Below, in pieces: positions 36,246-47,300 of a DNA stretch of 64,000 nucleotides (its first letter is position 1; each line of letters opens with the position of its first letter). The notes beneath the pieces are model-generated. The model was not told the origin of the DNA. It saw only the letters and a program-made list of their open reading frames with translations, and did not search any database. Source of the DNA: Macrostomum hystrix (lineage: Eukaryota; Animalia; Platyhelminthes); contig CATNEN010000003.1 of assembly GCA_950097015.1 (NCBI GenBank), positions 8,742,001 to 8,806,000 on the forward strand, written 5' to 3'. Made by a program: the position numbers and the translations under genes.

Positions 36246-39200
36246 TCACTGGTAGTGGGAGTACCGCTTCCTTGGCACAAAGCCATACTTGTTAGGCTTA
36301 CGCGGTGCCTCCCGGTGATTCGTGACAGGTGTCGGACCTACTGGCTCATTGATGACTGGGCATTTTCTTGGCTGCAGGTTGTACCGCACCTCTCGCCACT
36401 GAAGTGGTGCCGCCGCTTCGCTGGCTGCATCCGCTCGGTCCTCAGCTTCCTCCTCACGGGCTGGTTCCTCTACAGCATTATGGCCTGATGGCTCCGCTTC
36501 AGGTTCTTCTTCACTATCTTCTTCCGACTCTTCTAACTCTTCTTCCGTTTCCGTTTCAGAGTCTTCCATAAGTTCTTCTGCCGAACTTCCAGATTCCGTG
36601 TCTGGGCCTCCATCAGTTTCCTCAACCTCACTTCCACTTATGTCTGTCCCTTTGCGGGCTCTCCATTGGATTATTTCCTCCTCTGAGTCAGAGCTTTCTT
36701 CTTGCTCGATTTCCTGGATTGGCCTTTTTACCATCCTAGGTTGCGCTTCCCTTCTCTTTTTGGTCTTCTGAGCAGTCTCCTGCCTTCCCTTATCTGTTTG
36801 TTCTCTCTTCTCTACGTCAGAACTTATGGTCATATCCGTAGCTTTGACCGAGTTCGGTACAGGAGTCAGATTATTCCGGTGTACCAGCAGCATGGCACCG
36901 ATTAGTTTTCCATCCTCCTCTTTTTGAACTCGGAAAACTGTATCCGAAAGCTTAGCTAACACTCTGTAAGAGGCTCTCTTCTTTCGGTGAAATTTATGAC
37001 TCTCGTCACCATGCAACTGTGGATTGTTTATCAATACGAGACCGCCGATTGGCACGGCCTTGGTGATCACTGTCTCAGCAGCCTGCTCCCGACGGTCTCG
37101 CACCTTTTCTAATTTCTTCTGAACCACCTTCTGCATCTCCTCAATTCTTTTAGCATGATCAGCTACATAGCTAGGATAGTCGTAGTACAATCTGGGCCTT
37201 TTGACAACACTGTCTATTGGCAACTCCGCCTCACGTCCGAACAATAGATAATGTGGAGTGAATCCCGTTGTCTGATTTACACTCGTTCGAACAGCCACTA
37301 AAGCTGCTGGGATCAACAGGTCCCAGTCGGAGTGGTCTTTCTCAACTAGACAGGTGATGATGGACTTTATCTGACGGTTAAATCTTTCTACAAGGCCGTT
37401 GCTTTGCGCATGATATGGCGTCGTGCAGGTATGCTTGATACCATACAATGTACAAAACGCCTGGAACTGACGGCTCACAAAAGTTTTCCCGTTGTCAGTG
37501 TGGATCCAACGACACTGACCATACTCACTAAAAATTCTTTCTTGTAGGAGTTTAATAACTGTGTCCGACTTTTGATTCCTGATTGGAAATGCAAACGGGA
37601 ACTTAGTAGTGCTGTCGATGACTGTTAGCACGTACTTGTGTCCTCGTCGGCTTTCTTTAGAAATCGGCCCAATCAGATCAATGTGTAGGCGATGGAATGC
37701 CTCGCACACAGGAAATGTTTGCACCGGTGCCTTCACCTTATTACCTGCTTTACTCTCGAGGCATGGGATGCACTTGGCCACATAATTCTCTACAGTAGTA
37801 ACTAGGCCAGGTTTCCAGAATCGCTCTCGTACCTTTTGTACGGTTTTATCTCGTCCAAGATGTCCTGCTAAAGGACTGTCATGCAATTCTCGGAGGACCT
37901 CTTTTTCTATTCCACTCGGAAGTACTACTTTCCGGGTACCGTCAGTCACGATGGTTAACATTCCATCCTCAATCTTCATCTGCTCGTATGATTTGATCAT
38001 CTTTTTCAGCTCGTGGCTAGCCCCTGTGGGTAACTCTGGCCTCAGTATTCCTTGTTCCTTCCACTCAATCAGGATTTTAACGTCCTGATCCTCTCTCTGT
38101 GCAATAACCAGCTGTTCCTTCGTCAGTGGTACTGACAGGAAATCTGTTAATAATTTTCGGCATGCCGTTGTCTCTTCCAATTCCTCATCTTCGAAATAGT
38201 CTCTTGCGTCCACGAAAATTTCATTCGCATCATCATCATCTGTATCGATGCCACTGTCTGTCTGACAGCTCTGACTCATCATGGCTCGTCCAGTGATTTG
38301 ACTTTGGTTAATCTTTGCTTCAGAAGCCTCTTTAATTTCCGATGGTCTTCTAGACAAGCTGTCTGCATTGCTATGCTTAGCTCCGCTTCTATGCTGGATC
38401 TCGTACTGAAACTCACTCAACCGTTCGATCCACCTTCCTAAAATACCCTGGGCTTCTGTTTGACGTAGTAGCCACAGGATCGCTTTGTGGTCGGTACGTG
38501 CCAAGAACTTCTTCCCGATCAAATAGAATCGGAAGTGTTTCATACCATCTACCAAGGCGAGCAATTCCTTTCGTGTTATCGGATATCGTTTTTCAGATTC
38601 CGTCATTGCCCTGCTGAAATAGGCGATTGGTCTTTCTACTCCATCTGCCTGGATTTGTCCAAGACAGGCTCCTATCCTTCCTTCGGATGCATCAGTGTCT
38701 AACACCATTTTGACATTTTCATATTCTGAGAATTCGGGATAAGCCAACACATCGGTGGACATCATTTTCTGTTTTAGAAGTGCAAACGCCTCGTCATGTT
38801 TCGAGTTCCATTTCTCCTTAAAGTTCGTTATACCCTTTTTGGTTAACTGAAACAGCGGATGCGCTGCTTCGGCATAGTCCTTAACGAATCTACAATAGTA
38901 GTTGCATAGGCCCAAGAAACTTCTTAATTCCTTGACGTCTTGCGGAGTAGGCCATGATCGGATGGCTTCGATTTTGGCCGGATCTGTTCGAATTCCATTT
39001 CGGCCTACTATGTGGCCTAGATATTTCAGTTCTTCTTGAAACAGATTACATTTTCTTGGTCTCAATTTCAGTCCAGCTTCGGATAATCTCCGGAACACTT
39101 CTCGTAGGTGACACAGATGTTCATCGAATTCCTTCGAGTAAGTAACGATATCGTCGATGTACGACATCGCGAACTTGTGTTGAATGCCGATCAACACAAG

Positions 39201-40862
39201 GTTCATCAACCTCTGGAAGGTTCCAGGTGCATTTGACAAGCCTTGAGCCATTACTTGGTACTCAAACTGGCCCCTAGTTAATGTCGAGAATGCCGTCATA
39301 TGTTTGTGTTCTTCTTTAATTGGGACTTGCCAGTATCCAGAGTTAAGGTCTAAACTGCTGAAATACTGACTTCCAGTAAGGTGAGAGAATGTCTCCTGAA
39401 TATTAGGTAACGGATACGGATAGTACTCCACACGAGAATTCAGTACTCGAAAGTCACTCACGATCCTTATTGTACCATCCTTCTTTGGTACTATGACCAA
39501 GGGTGTAGAATAGGTGCTATAACATGGCCTAATCAGGTTTTTGGCCAGCATGTCATCAAGCAAATCATCCACCTGTTTTTGCAAATGAGGCGGAATTCTG
39601 CGAGTCGGTATTCTGACTGGCGTAGTATCTTTAAGAGCAATTTCATGCGTCACCAAATGTGTCAGACCCATATCTTGCTCGGTCTGAGAGAACGCTGCTC
39701 TGTTCTCTTTCAGCAATTGTATAACTTGTTCCTTTTGTTCCGAATTCATCTCTCCGATGTTAACCTCCTTGATCCATTCATCAATGTCCTTTGAGGCTTC
39801 CTCTCTCTTTACAGCATTGACTTGTCCGGTATTTTGACTCGAATTGATTGAATTAACAAAATAATTCAAGTTCTTCGCTGTTAATGGCTTGGCATAGCCA
39901 ATAAGAGCTGCTCCTTTCACTTTGACTTCTCTGTTCTGTTTATTGACTAGTTCTATGACTCCAACTCCTTCGTTCAAGGTTACTAATGCTGGTACTAGCT
40001 CCAGATCATAACCTTTGGCTGCAATATAGCCGTCATTAGTCTCAATCACCATGGGAGTACCGTAATTAGCTTCGGCATTTTCTCCCAATCGGATTGGCAC
40101 TTTCAAAGCACTATTCGCTGGTATCGTGATCTGATTCTGGCAATAGACTCGTCGAATTCGAACAGGTAGTCTTGTGAACTGAATTGGGATGCAGATCCCA
40201 TCTTTCAGTACCAAGACTCCTTTACTGAAATTGATACCATCACAGTAGTCTGTGAGAAAGTCCATTCCAAGGATGTCGTCACAGTCGTGGTCACACAGAA
40301 GAAATCTTGTCTCAATCTCAATTTCTCCGAACTTCACTTTAAGCATTGCTTCACCTCTAAGTGACACAACTGATCCGTCAAACGTGGTGACTCTCAAATT
40401 GCATGGTTCTATCTCGTCGTCACAAACCACTCTCTTCCATGAACTCCTACTTAAGAAGTTGTTTCCGGCTCCTGTGTCTATCAAAAACATAATATCTCGC
40501 TTTCGTATCTTTCCATTCACAATTGCTTCCTGACCTTTCTTGACCGGCTCTGGGATTCTGATCGTCTCAATGGGTGACTCACTTTTAATTTCTTTGCTAG
40601 CGGCTTTCTGACTTGTTTCACATGGTGTAACTGGTGCTTTCGCATGTGCTTGCATTTTTGCAGTGCTGGGTGCATACGCATGGTGCTGTCTCATTTCTCG
40701 CGGCTGATTAAACTTGTTGAAATAATAATTATTTTTCTTGTAAGCAAAACGTTGGTTATCAATTTTATACGCACTATTTACAAACTCTGAGGCCTGGAAT
40801 TTGTTAAAGGATTTTCCGGAGGAACGGGGCCTCGACTTACGTCCCTCGTATTTTAGTTTCCC
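36246..40862 (-). CDS. pol: Gypsy Pol (protease, reverse transcriptase, RNase H, integrase), probably expressed by -1 frameshift from gag
   Basis: LIDTGA, LDLNSGYWQ, YIDD, DTDAS, TDHK, HHCC zinc finger, integrase core (HIDL, TDNG, NGLVERFN). The frame stays open upstream of the 40694 ATG to the slippery site at 40856-40862. Confidence 0.95.
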   Translation of the reverse strand, partial: GKLKYEGRKSRPRSSGKSFNKFQASEFVNSAYKIDNQRFAYKKNNYYFNKFNQPREMRQHHAYAPSTAKMQAHAKAPVTPCETSQKAASKEIKSESPIETIRIPEPVKKGQEAIVNGKIRKRDIMFLIDTGAGNNFLSRSSWKRVVCDDEIEPCNLRVTTFDGSVVSLRGEAMLKVKFGEIEIETRFLLCDHDCDDILGMDFLTDYCDGINFSKGVLVLKDGICIPIQFTRLPVRIRRVYCQNQITIPANSALKVPIRLGENAEANYGTPMVIETNDGYIAAKGYDLELVPALVTLNEGVGVIELVNKQNREVKVKGAALIGYAKPLTAKNLNYFVNSINSSQNTGQVNAVKREEASKDIDEWIKEVNIGEMNSEQKEQVIQLLKENRAAFSQTEQDMGLTHLVTHEIALKDTTPVRIPTRRIPPHLQKQVDDLLDDMLAKNLIRPCYSTYSTPLVIVPKKDGTIRIVSDFRVLNSRVEYYPYPLPNIQETFSHLTGSQYFSSLDLNSGYWQVPIKEEHKHMTAFSTLTRGQFEYQVMAQGLSNAPGTFQRLMNLVLIGIQHKFAMSYIDDIVTYSKEFDEHLCHLREVFRRLSEAGLKLRPRKCNLFQEELKYLGHIVGRNGIRTDPAKIEAIRSWPTPQDVKELRSFLGLCNYYCRFVKDYAEAAHPLFQLTKKGITNFKEKWNSKHDEAFALLKQKMMSTDVLAYPEFSEYENVKMVLDTDASEGRIGACLGQIQADGVERPIAYFSRAMTESEKRYPITRKELLALVDGMKHFRFYLIGKKFLARTDHKAILWLLRQTEAQGILGRWIERLSEFQYEIQHRSGAKHSNADSLSRRPSEIKEASEAKINQSQITGRAMMSQSCQTDSGIDTDDDDANEIFVDARDYFEDEELEETTACRKLLTDFLSVPLTKEQLVIAQREDQDVKILIEWKEQGILRPELPTGASHELKKMIKSYEQMKIEDGMLTIVTDGTRKVVLPSGIEKEVLRELHDSPLAGHLGRDKTVQKVRERFWKPGLVTTVENYVAKCIPCLESKAGNKVKAPVQTFPVCEAFHRLHIDLIGPISKESRRGHKYVLTVIDSTTKFPFAFPIRNQKSDTVIKLLQERIFSEYGQCRWIHTDNGKTFVSRQFQAFCTLYGIKHTCTTPYHAQSNGLVERFNRQIKSIITCLVEKDHSDWDLLIPAALVAVRTSVNQTTGFTPHYLLFGREAELPIDSVVKRPRLYYDYPSYVADHAKRIEEMQKVVQKKLEKVRDRREQAAETVITKAVPIGGLVLINNPQLHGDESHKFHRKKRASYRVLAKLSDTVFRVQKEEDGKLIGAMLLVHRNNLTPVPNSVKATDMTISSDVEKREQTDKGRQETAQKTKKRREAQPRMVKRPIQEIEQEESSDSEEEIIQWRARKGTDISGSEVEETDGGPDTESGSSAEELMEDSETETEEELEESEEDSEEEPEAEPSGHNAVEEPAREEEAEDRADAASEAAAPLQWREVRYNLQPRKCPVINEPVGPTPVTNHREAPRKPNKYGFVPRKRYSHYQ

Positions 40863-41764
40863 TGGTTCTGGAAGTTCTGCTGACCGTTCATGCCCATCCT
40901 CATAGGACAGAATCTGGCAATATGGCCGAGTTTTCCGCAGTTGAAACAGGTTCGGTTCTGGTTCAAGAATTGCGGCCCATTGTACTGCGTATTCTGCTGT
41001 TGCAGGAACTTAGGTACATATGGCTTCCTTGGTACGTACTGTTTCTCAGCCATTTTGCTGGTGAGCTCCTGCAAGAGTTTCTGCTGTCTTTCAATTTCTT
41101 CCTTCTGCTTCACAATTGTTGCCCTTAGAGACTCCTCTTCCTCTTCACCATTTCTGGTAATCCTTACTCCGGCACCTTTGTGTGTCATGCTCCAGGCGGC
41201 TTCCAACCTTCTAAGCATTCTCTTTAGTTCCTGTAGATTGGCAGGCTGAGCAAAGATTAGTTTCTCCCTCATGTCAGCGGATATCTTGGCTCCCTTGATG
41301 TATTGCTCAACCAGCTCATCTTCTCGTTGCTCCATTGTCATGTTTGGGAAGGCTCTGGCAGCCAGTTCAATCAGACTATCTGAATAGGCTTCTACCGATT
41401 CATTCTTGCCTTGCATTCTTCCTCGAAACTCTTCTCTGAATTCTGCTGGGCTTCCAGTTCGTCCGAATCTTTCTGCTATCCGCTCCTTGAATTCTTCGTA
41501 GTCAAGGTTTTCTGGGAGGTTCATTCTCTGTACAGAGGCAAATGCTGTGGACAAGTCCAAGTTGGCAAGCAATTCCTGCTTTCGATGGTCCACTTCAATT
41601 CCTTCTGTCTCGCATCTTTGATCAAATGCGGTGAGCCACACCCGAATATCCTGATTAGGTGTGAACTTTTGGATCTTCACATGGCGTGTTGGAGCAATCT
41701 CCAACCGATTTCTCAGCTCTTCCGCGAGTACAGCCATCAAATTTTGTGCTTGAGCTTGATCCAT
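40853..41764 (-). CDS. gag: Gypsy Gag with CCHC zinc knuckle
   Basis: Capsid-like RMQGKNESVEAY motif and CFNCGKLGHIARFC. Confidence 0.95.
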   Translation of the reverse strand: MDQAQAQNLMAVLAEELRNRLEIAPTRHVKIQKFTPNQDIRVWLTAFDQRCETEGIEVDHRKQELLANLDLSTAFASVQRMNLPENLDYEEFKERIAERFGRTGSPAEFREEFRGRMQGKNESVEAYSDSLIELAARAFPNMTMEQREDELVEQYIKGAKISADMREKLIFAQPANLQELKRMLRRLEAAWSMTHKGAGVRITRNGEEEEESLRATIVKQKEEIERQQKLLQELTSKMAEKQYVPRKPYVPKFLQQQNTQYNGPQFLNQNRTCFNCGKLGHIARFCPMRMGMNGQQNFQNQGN

Positions 41765-41808
41765 TGTTACTCCTCAATGGGGTTATTTCGCTGTTTCTCT
41801 GATCCTTT

Positions 41809-41820
41809 CCGCTGCCACCA
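41809..41820 (-). promoter_or_regulatory. Primer-binding site, tRNA-Leu type
   Basis: TGGTGGCAGCGG 4 nt inside the 5' LTR, complementary to a ...CCGCUGCCACCA tRNA 3' end. Confidence 0.8.
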
Positions 41821-41824
41821 AAGT

Positions 41825-42199
41825 TGTAACAGGGCTTGTCTCTCTACTTTTCTCTCTAATGGTAGCGTATCACTCGGCACGAGCGGTTTAACCTTCTAAG
41901 GCACTGGCTTACTATTCTCCAGTCTTTGCTGGGCGTTTTCTGTGGATCAGAGGGTCACAGCCTCAAATAACCAACTCAACACTCAGTAATAGCTTATTTG
42001 CTTTTCGCCACACTGGCACGTTGATTTGTCTCAACTGAATTACACTCGTTTATATACACATAAGAAAATGTTTGTTAAAGTAAACGAATTTGACAAAATA
42101 TTTAAAATATATTACATATAAAAAATATTTTGCGCATTCAAACAAAAAGCATAGGCACGAATTTGACTTTAAAGAAATAATAAAAGCATCCCTACTACA
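41825..42199 (-). repeat. 5' LTR (375 bp)
   Basis: Direct repeat of 35661-36044; TATA-like TATATAAA on the minus strand near 42050. Confidence 0.97.
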
Positions 42200-43534
42200 G
42201 TAGAATAGTTAAACTAGCTTTAAAATATCAACAAAACTAAACAAGATCTAAGTTAAGCAGATACTTTTAAAAGAAAATGTAAAAAAAATTAAAAAACTAA
42301 GAAATCTCAAAAATTTAAATCTAAGACAGTACTATCTGAATTTATTTTGGCCAGTTTACTTGTGCTCTTGGGAAAATGGGACAGCATGTGGGAGGCTGTA
42401 CACTCTGGGCTGCTCCTTTCACTTGTGGACTGTTCTCTGTCCATGTTAATAAACATGGTAGTAGTTATACCCTTATTCACCCTACAGTGACCCTGTTTAT
42501 TGTACATTTGGGCAGACTGGTATATATACAATTTATGGTAAAAGATACATTTTGCCAAGGGTTCCCCATATCAAGTGCTTAGTTAAACAGTACACATGTG
42601 ACTTAGCACAGTCCTCTCTCTTTCATGTCACTATAAATGTGTGGGTCCAACCTCTGACCTGGCACAGGCTGCCCTCATACTCCCCCTACCTTTTTCTCTT
42701 ATAAGATTGGTAGGTTTTCTTGTCTTGCATATCCAACTCCTGAAATTTTATGTACAGTTTGAAAATGTGACAATTTATATATGAAAGTACTCTCAACTTT
42801 AACTTGTTGTCCTTGAACTAAAAGCAATAGTAAAACAACTTTATTCTATTGGCCCAATGGCAGGTGGTTGGAGAGGCCATCTATTTGCTAGCTGTAATTC
42901 TTTAATTTTGTTATTGGAAACTCCCTAACAATAGGCAAGGGGCATTTTACCTAGTGGTAGCACTACCAGTAACACTATTTTTTGCTATCTAAAAGTATTC
43001 AACTTGACTTCAGATTAGAGCAACATTGTTTGAGTTGTTTCAACTCAGCATTTGTAGACAGTAGGACACTGGTAGATCAGGGCAAGTTGAAAAAAGCTAC
43101 TTGCCTTTAATGCACCTGACAAGATTGCTTCTTGTCCTAACTTCTTGTTTTTTGTTTTTAGGAATAGATAGGCCTAATAGAGAATGGATGATCCAACAAG
43201 AAGCTACTATCTGAGCTATAAACTCACTTTGTAATTGCTTGCCACAGTCTAGATAAGCATTTTCTATCCTTGTTAAGCAACTTTCTGTCTGTCTAAAGAC
43301 AACATAAAACATGTTCTAAAATCTAAATATACTTGATTTCCACCAAATGCAAGAAATAATGCCAATGGTATGACAAAAATTGACACATGCTTTAAATTAA
43401 TTAGCTAGGCCTAACCTTAATAATGCTAGGGACAAAAAACAAAGAAGACTAACCATAATATTAATAGTCAATACACAATAATGGATAATACATATAGACA
43501 ACAGCATTTAAAATTAGAATCAATGAACCAGGAT

Positions 43535-43835
43535 CAGTGTTGGGCATGTTACTCATTACTAGTGACCAATTTGGTAAATGTGTTACTTTTTTACAACATT
43601 AATTTTCCTGTTATAACAGGCTGGTTATGAAATATGATAATGGTTTGTACCAACAGTGTGAATTTCCCATCATAGCTGTTTTTGTTACAAGTTTAAAAAA
43701 TGTAAAAAGACATTAGCAGCATTGTAAATTTGTTTTTTTGCTGCATATAAAAGAAAAAATAATAAAATACATAGTTATAGTCAGTAACGATCGTTACCCC
43801 ACCAATGTTACTTTTTGGTAACGCGCCCAATACTG
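43535..43835. mobile_element. MITE with hAT-like TIRs
   Basis: CAGTGTTGGGC ... GCCCAATACTG inverted ends and repeated subterminal GTTAC/GTAAC motifs; no clear TSD. Confidence 0.55.
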
Positions 43836-44337
43836 GAAAACACAAATACTGTAAGGTAAAGTGTAATCAACTCAACAGGCCTTAGCAATGCAATTTACTC
43901 CAGGCAATGTATTAATGTTGATTCGCAGGTCTATTGAGCTAGAAGCGAGGCACTTTGCACAATTAAAATATGATAGTTACGTGCAAACAGAGATGAATAG
44001 CTAACAATTCAGCATCAATTCGAATAGTGATATGCGAAAATTACCATTTCGGAACTCGGCGATCGGCGTTGCGTGAGGACAAAATTTAAAAGCTTTCCTC
44101 GAAACTGAATTTCATAACAGGGTAAAACAAAAAAAGTCGAAAGGTTTATTTCCTTGCGCAAGTAAATGATACATTTTAGTCAAGTTTTTACGTTTGTTTT
44201 ACATTTTTTTATTATATTGTTTAATATATTTTTGTTTAGAATCATCGATATTAAATGGTGGCCCTTTCAAAACGTTTCAGTATTTTGAATTCGAACTTGC
44301 CTCGAACTGTTGTAAAGTTTTAGTAAGCGATCACGTC

Positions 44338-47300
44338 ATGCAGTCCAATGGTTATGTCTACATAGACCAAGATAGTTCATTTGCTGAGCAACAGCGACCC
44401 AGAGAACAACTAAGTCAATGGAGCTTCTCATATTTTCCTCGTCAATCCAGCAGTGGTGATTCGCTAATATGCGGTCAGCTGGGCGAGTCAGTTGTAAAGG
44501 AAGAAGAGAGTTTACCTGGATTTCCAGAGAGGTATTTTTACTTACCTTTTAACTATTTTTCTTATTTCTTAGTTCATTGCGATTAAAAGACTGAATAAAT
44601 CAGCATTACACGGATGTACGCTAGAGATATGCGCCCAGTAATGCATATATCTTATAGTGATTTTGAATTAGCAACCTTGCATTTATATAGCTGAATACAC
44701 CTTGCAAACCTACAATGCTTTTTGCTTGTAGGATACAAATACAATCGGTAGACGATCGAAAATCAAGCGCCTGCAAGAGAGAGTATAAATCAGAACAGTC
44801 CGAATCCGATCGGTCGAAACTTGTTGCCGAATCACTGCCACCAACGAAGCGGCCATACTACACAAGTCCGTCGAATTCGCTCCAAGTCTCTTTTAGCTCG
44901 AGTTCGAATGCTCAATCGCCACCCGATTTGCTAGTCGATGGTAATGCGTTTGCGAATAGAGGATTTCAAATGGGACCCGATGACGACAACTGGAGATCAG
45001 TTGATGAGCCTGAAGAGTTTTTTGAACTTGACGCAGCGTACGGACTAGTTATTATTTATTCAATCAAATAATGCTGCTTTCTAACTTTATGAGCCAAGAC
45101 TTAGATGGCGATCGCAATTTGAATCGTTTCAGTCCTTTGGGAGTCATGGCAGAAAGCCACTTAGGCAGAAGAGTGGAGACAATCAGTCCCGCATTGAAAG
45201 GCGGTTTACAGCGCGCCTTCTCTGAAAGAGCTCATCGTCAAAGTAAGGTTCTAGCCGGCTATTTTTTTTAATTTGATAGTAAAACTGTTCTAGGGTAATG
45301 CGTGCATTTTTCATGTAAACATCGTTTTCTGATAGCAAAAAAACTTTCACTCTAAACATATAAAACCTAGGGTACCAACAAGAGCCTCTACAGACAATCC
45401 AAGCTTCAATATCAGAGCAGCAGCAGCAGCAGCTAAGCTTGCAGTTCCGCCAGTGGTCTCAAATTCCTTGCGCCCCACTCTTGGAGGTGCTGTCCGCAGG
45501 TCAGCAGCAGCAGCAGCAGCAGCAGCAGTTAATTACTCGACCAGCTGAAATCAGTTTTAGTGTTCAGGCCGACAAAGGATTTCAGTTTAGCGGCCGCGAG
45601 GGCGTCTGGATCAGTCAGAAAAAGAACCATTTTCAGGTTCGGGGGACTTTTTGGAGATTAAGTTTTTAATCAGAACTTTTTGCCTTTATTTCTACGAGAT
45701 CAATCAATGGAATTACTCTTTGTAGATTACATGCTTGGCTGGCGTCAGCGGGGATCAGTGGGCAGTACCAATCGCTCTGTCGAACGACAAAGGAGGCAGT
45801 CAGCATCAGCAGCAGTCGCTACCGACGCCGCCAGCCTACAGCATTCAGCTGGTCAACTCTTTCCAACTCAGCTTAACGGCTGTCAGAGCTGAATCGCCAT
45901 TCGACTCGCCAACTGTGGGTCTGGAACAGGCAGAGGCCAATCGAACCCGACGACCTTTCGTTCCTCAGCCGCTGCGTCTGCCTGGTCACGGCGTTCGATT
46001 GCGCGCCGTAGCCGGCCGGCTGCACTTCTCCTCGGCTACGCTGAACAACCAACGTCGACGCGGGGAACTACACCCGGATCAGCGATTCTTTCGTCTGGTT
46101 GTCGGCCTGGACGCAGTGCTTGAGTCGGGCCTTTGTGTGCCATTGTGCCGTCAAATCTCCGGCAGAGTGATTGTGCGCGCATCGAATCCTGGCCAATTCG
46201 AGGCTTCAGCGGCAGGAGCTGTCGCCGCTGACGCTAACGAGTCGATGACAGGAGAGGCAACGACTGAAGGCTGGCGGTCAGACAGTGCGGGTGTCACAAC
46301 ATTTTCTGGTCGAGTTGGGATTAACACGCGGACTCCTGGTGAAGCACTAACGGTTGGTAAAAGGGAATAAGATAAGAATATATCTGTTGTTTCTCGAGAC
46401 AATGTTCTAGCGAGAGAGCATTGCTTGAGAAAATGTTCTAACGAGAGAGCGTTGTTTGAGACAATGTTCTAACGAGAGAGCATTGCTTGAGACAATGTTC
46501 TAACGAGAGAGCGTTGCTTGAGACAATGTTCTAACGAGAGAGCGTTGCTTGAGACAAAGTTCTAACGAGAGAGCATTGCTTGAGACAATGTTCTAACGAG
46601 AGATCGTTGCTTGAGACAATGTTCTAACGAGAGAGCGTTGCTTGAGACAATGTTCTAACGAGAGAGCGTTGCTTGAGACAATGTTCTAACGAGAGAGCGT
46701 TGCTTGAGACAATGTTCTAACGAGAGAGCGTTGCTTGAGGCAATGTTCTAACGAGAGAGCGTTGCTTGAGACAATTTTCTAGCGAGAGAGCGTTGCTTGA
46801 GACAATGTTCTAACGAGAGAGCCTATCTCGAGACAATGTTCTAACGAGAGAGCGTTGCTTGAGACAATGTTCTAACGAGAGAGCGTTGCTCTCTCGAGAC
46901 AATGTTCTAACGAGAGAGCCTATCTCGAGACAATGTTCTAACGAGAGAGCGTTGCTTGAGACAATGTTCTAACGAGAGAGCGTTGCTTGAGACAATGTTC
47001 TAACGAGAGAGCGTTGCTTGAGACAATGTTCTAGCGAGAGAGCGTTGCTTGAGACAATGTTCTAGCGAGAGAGCGTTGCTTGAGACAATGTTCTAGCGAG
47101 AGAGCGTTGCTTGAGACAATGTTCTAGCGAGAGAGCGTTGCTTGAGACAATGTTCTAGCGAGAGAGCGTTGTTTGAGACAATGTTCTAACGAGAGAGCAT
47201 TGCTTGAGACAATGTTCTAACGAGAGAGCGTTGTTTGAGACAATGTTCTAGCGAGAGAGCGTTGCTTGAGACAATGTTCTAACGAGAGAGCCTATCTCGA

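Larger units (their letters stand above)
35661..42199 (-). mobile_element. Full-length Ty3/Gypsy LTR retrotransposon
   Basis: TG...CA LTRs at 35661-36044 and 41825-42199, 4-bp TSD GTAG (35657-35660 / 42200-42203), PBS, PPT, intact gag and pol in PR-RT-RH-IN order. Confidence 0.98.

Noticed and set aside
36255-41899. Plus-strand ORFs antisense to gag/pol; env-like gene
   Set aside because: Short shadow ORFs; only about 200 bp lie between the pol stop and the 3' LTR, so there is no env.
42300-43330. Possible degenerate coding or transposon fragment right of the LTR
   Set aside because: Multiple stops in all frames and no motif I can assign with confidence.
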